Positions 63,101 through 64,000 of a DNA stretch of 64,000 nucleotides are shown piece after piece. This DNA comes from Auanema rhodensis (lineage: Eukaryota; Animalia; Nematoda), in NCBI GenBank assembly GCA_964057225.1, contig OZ059896.1, forward strand, positions 14,942,001 through 15,006,000, in the 5' to 3' direction. The notes below the pieces were generated by a model. It did no database searches. It was not told the origin of the DNA and worked only from the letters and a program-made list of their open reading frames with translations. Within the stretch, counting starts at the first letter, position 1. Each line of letters begins with the position of its first letter. A program made the position numbers and the translations under genes.

Positions 63101-64000
63101 TTTCAGAGGTTATTGTCAATAACTGCTATAATCAATATTTTAAATGGAAGAAAAAGAAAAGAAATTCCGTCGAGCCGGATTCGAACCAGCGACCTAAGGA
63201 TATCTACACTTCTACAGTCCTCCGCTCTACCAACTGAGCTATCGACGGAACGAATCTGTTGTTTTCCGAAGTGATTGTCAATAACTACTATAATCTATAT
63301 TGAAAATCGAAAAAAGAGAAGAAACTCCGTCGAGCCTAACTTCTACAATCCTCCGCTCTACCAACTGAGCTATCGACGGAACGAATCTGTTCTTTTCAGA
63401 GGTTATTGTCAATAACTGCTATAATCAATATTTTAAGTAGAGCAAAAAGAAAAGAAACTCCGTCGAGCCGGATTCGAACCAGCGACCTAAGGATATCTAC
63501 ACTTCTACAGTCCTCCGCTCTACCAACTGAGCTATCGACGGAACGAATCTGTTGTTTTCAGAGGTTATTGTCAATAACTGCTATAATCAATATTTTAAAT
63601 GGAACAAAAAGAAAAGAAACTCCGTCGAGCCGGATTCGAACCAGCGACCTAAGGATATCTACACTTCTACAGTCCTCCGCTCTACCAACTGAGCTATCGA
63701 CGGAACGAATCTGTTGTTTTCCGAAGTGATTGTCAATAACTACTATAATCTATATTGAAAATCGAAAAAAAAGAAGAAACTCCGTCGAGCCTAACTTCTA
63801 CAATCCTCCGCTCTACCAACTGAGCTATCGACGGAACGAATCTGTTGTTTTGCGAAGTGATTGTCAATAACTACTATAATCTATATTGAAAATCGAAAAA
63901 AGAGAAGAAACTCCGTCGAGCCTAACTTCTACAATCCTCCGCTCTACCAACTGAGCTATCGACGGAACGAATCTGTTCTTTTCAGAGGTTATTGTCAATA

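Larger units (their letters stand above)
42141..64000 (-). repeat. Tandem tRNA-Tyr(GUA) array, segment 3 (interrupted by two LINE fragments; runs off the window)
   Basis: Same three monomers with region-specific variants. Confidence 0.97.

Noticed and set aside
276-63729. Dozens of 'MSITAIINILNGRKRKETPSS…' ORFs (up to 470 aa) and 'MIIAVIDNHFGK…' ORFs
   Set aside because: The 162-bp monomer is 54 codons and happens to be stop-free in one frame. These are readings through tRNA genes with TTG starts, not proteins.

Overview
Eukaryotic genomic DNA, very probably nematode. About 49 kb of the window is a head-to-tail tandem array of intron-containing tRNA-Tyr(GUA) genes on the minus strand, estimated at roughly 200 full-length copies by extrapolation. 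The array is built from three monomers (162-bp intact gene, 131-bp T-arm-deleted copy, 88-bp 5'-half copy) arranged in higher-order duplications. Four insertions interrupt it, all in the intergenic spacer. (1) A 10.4-kb Ty3/Gypsy LTR retroelement (3068-13449, minus strand) whose long ORF has the unusual order Gag - internal signal peptide - herpes-gB-like (class III) envelope with a mucin insert - TM - PSAP tail - protease - RT, continuing into RT-RNase H-integrase. This copy has a frameshift at the RT start and a deleted integrase core. (2) A 3.46-kb non-autonomous LTR element (38680-42140) with apparently identical LTRs. It shares the tRNA-Gln PBS, the non-canonical GAACG LTR 3' end and the 4-bp TSD length with element 1. 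(3,4) Two copies of one 5'-truncated CR1-like LINE, duplicated with the array. The many 'MSITAII...' ORFs are antisense readings of the tRNA repeat.
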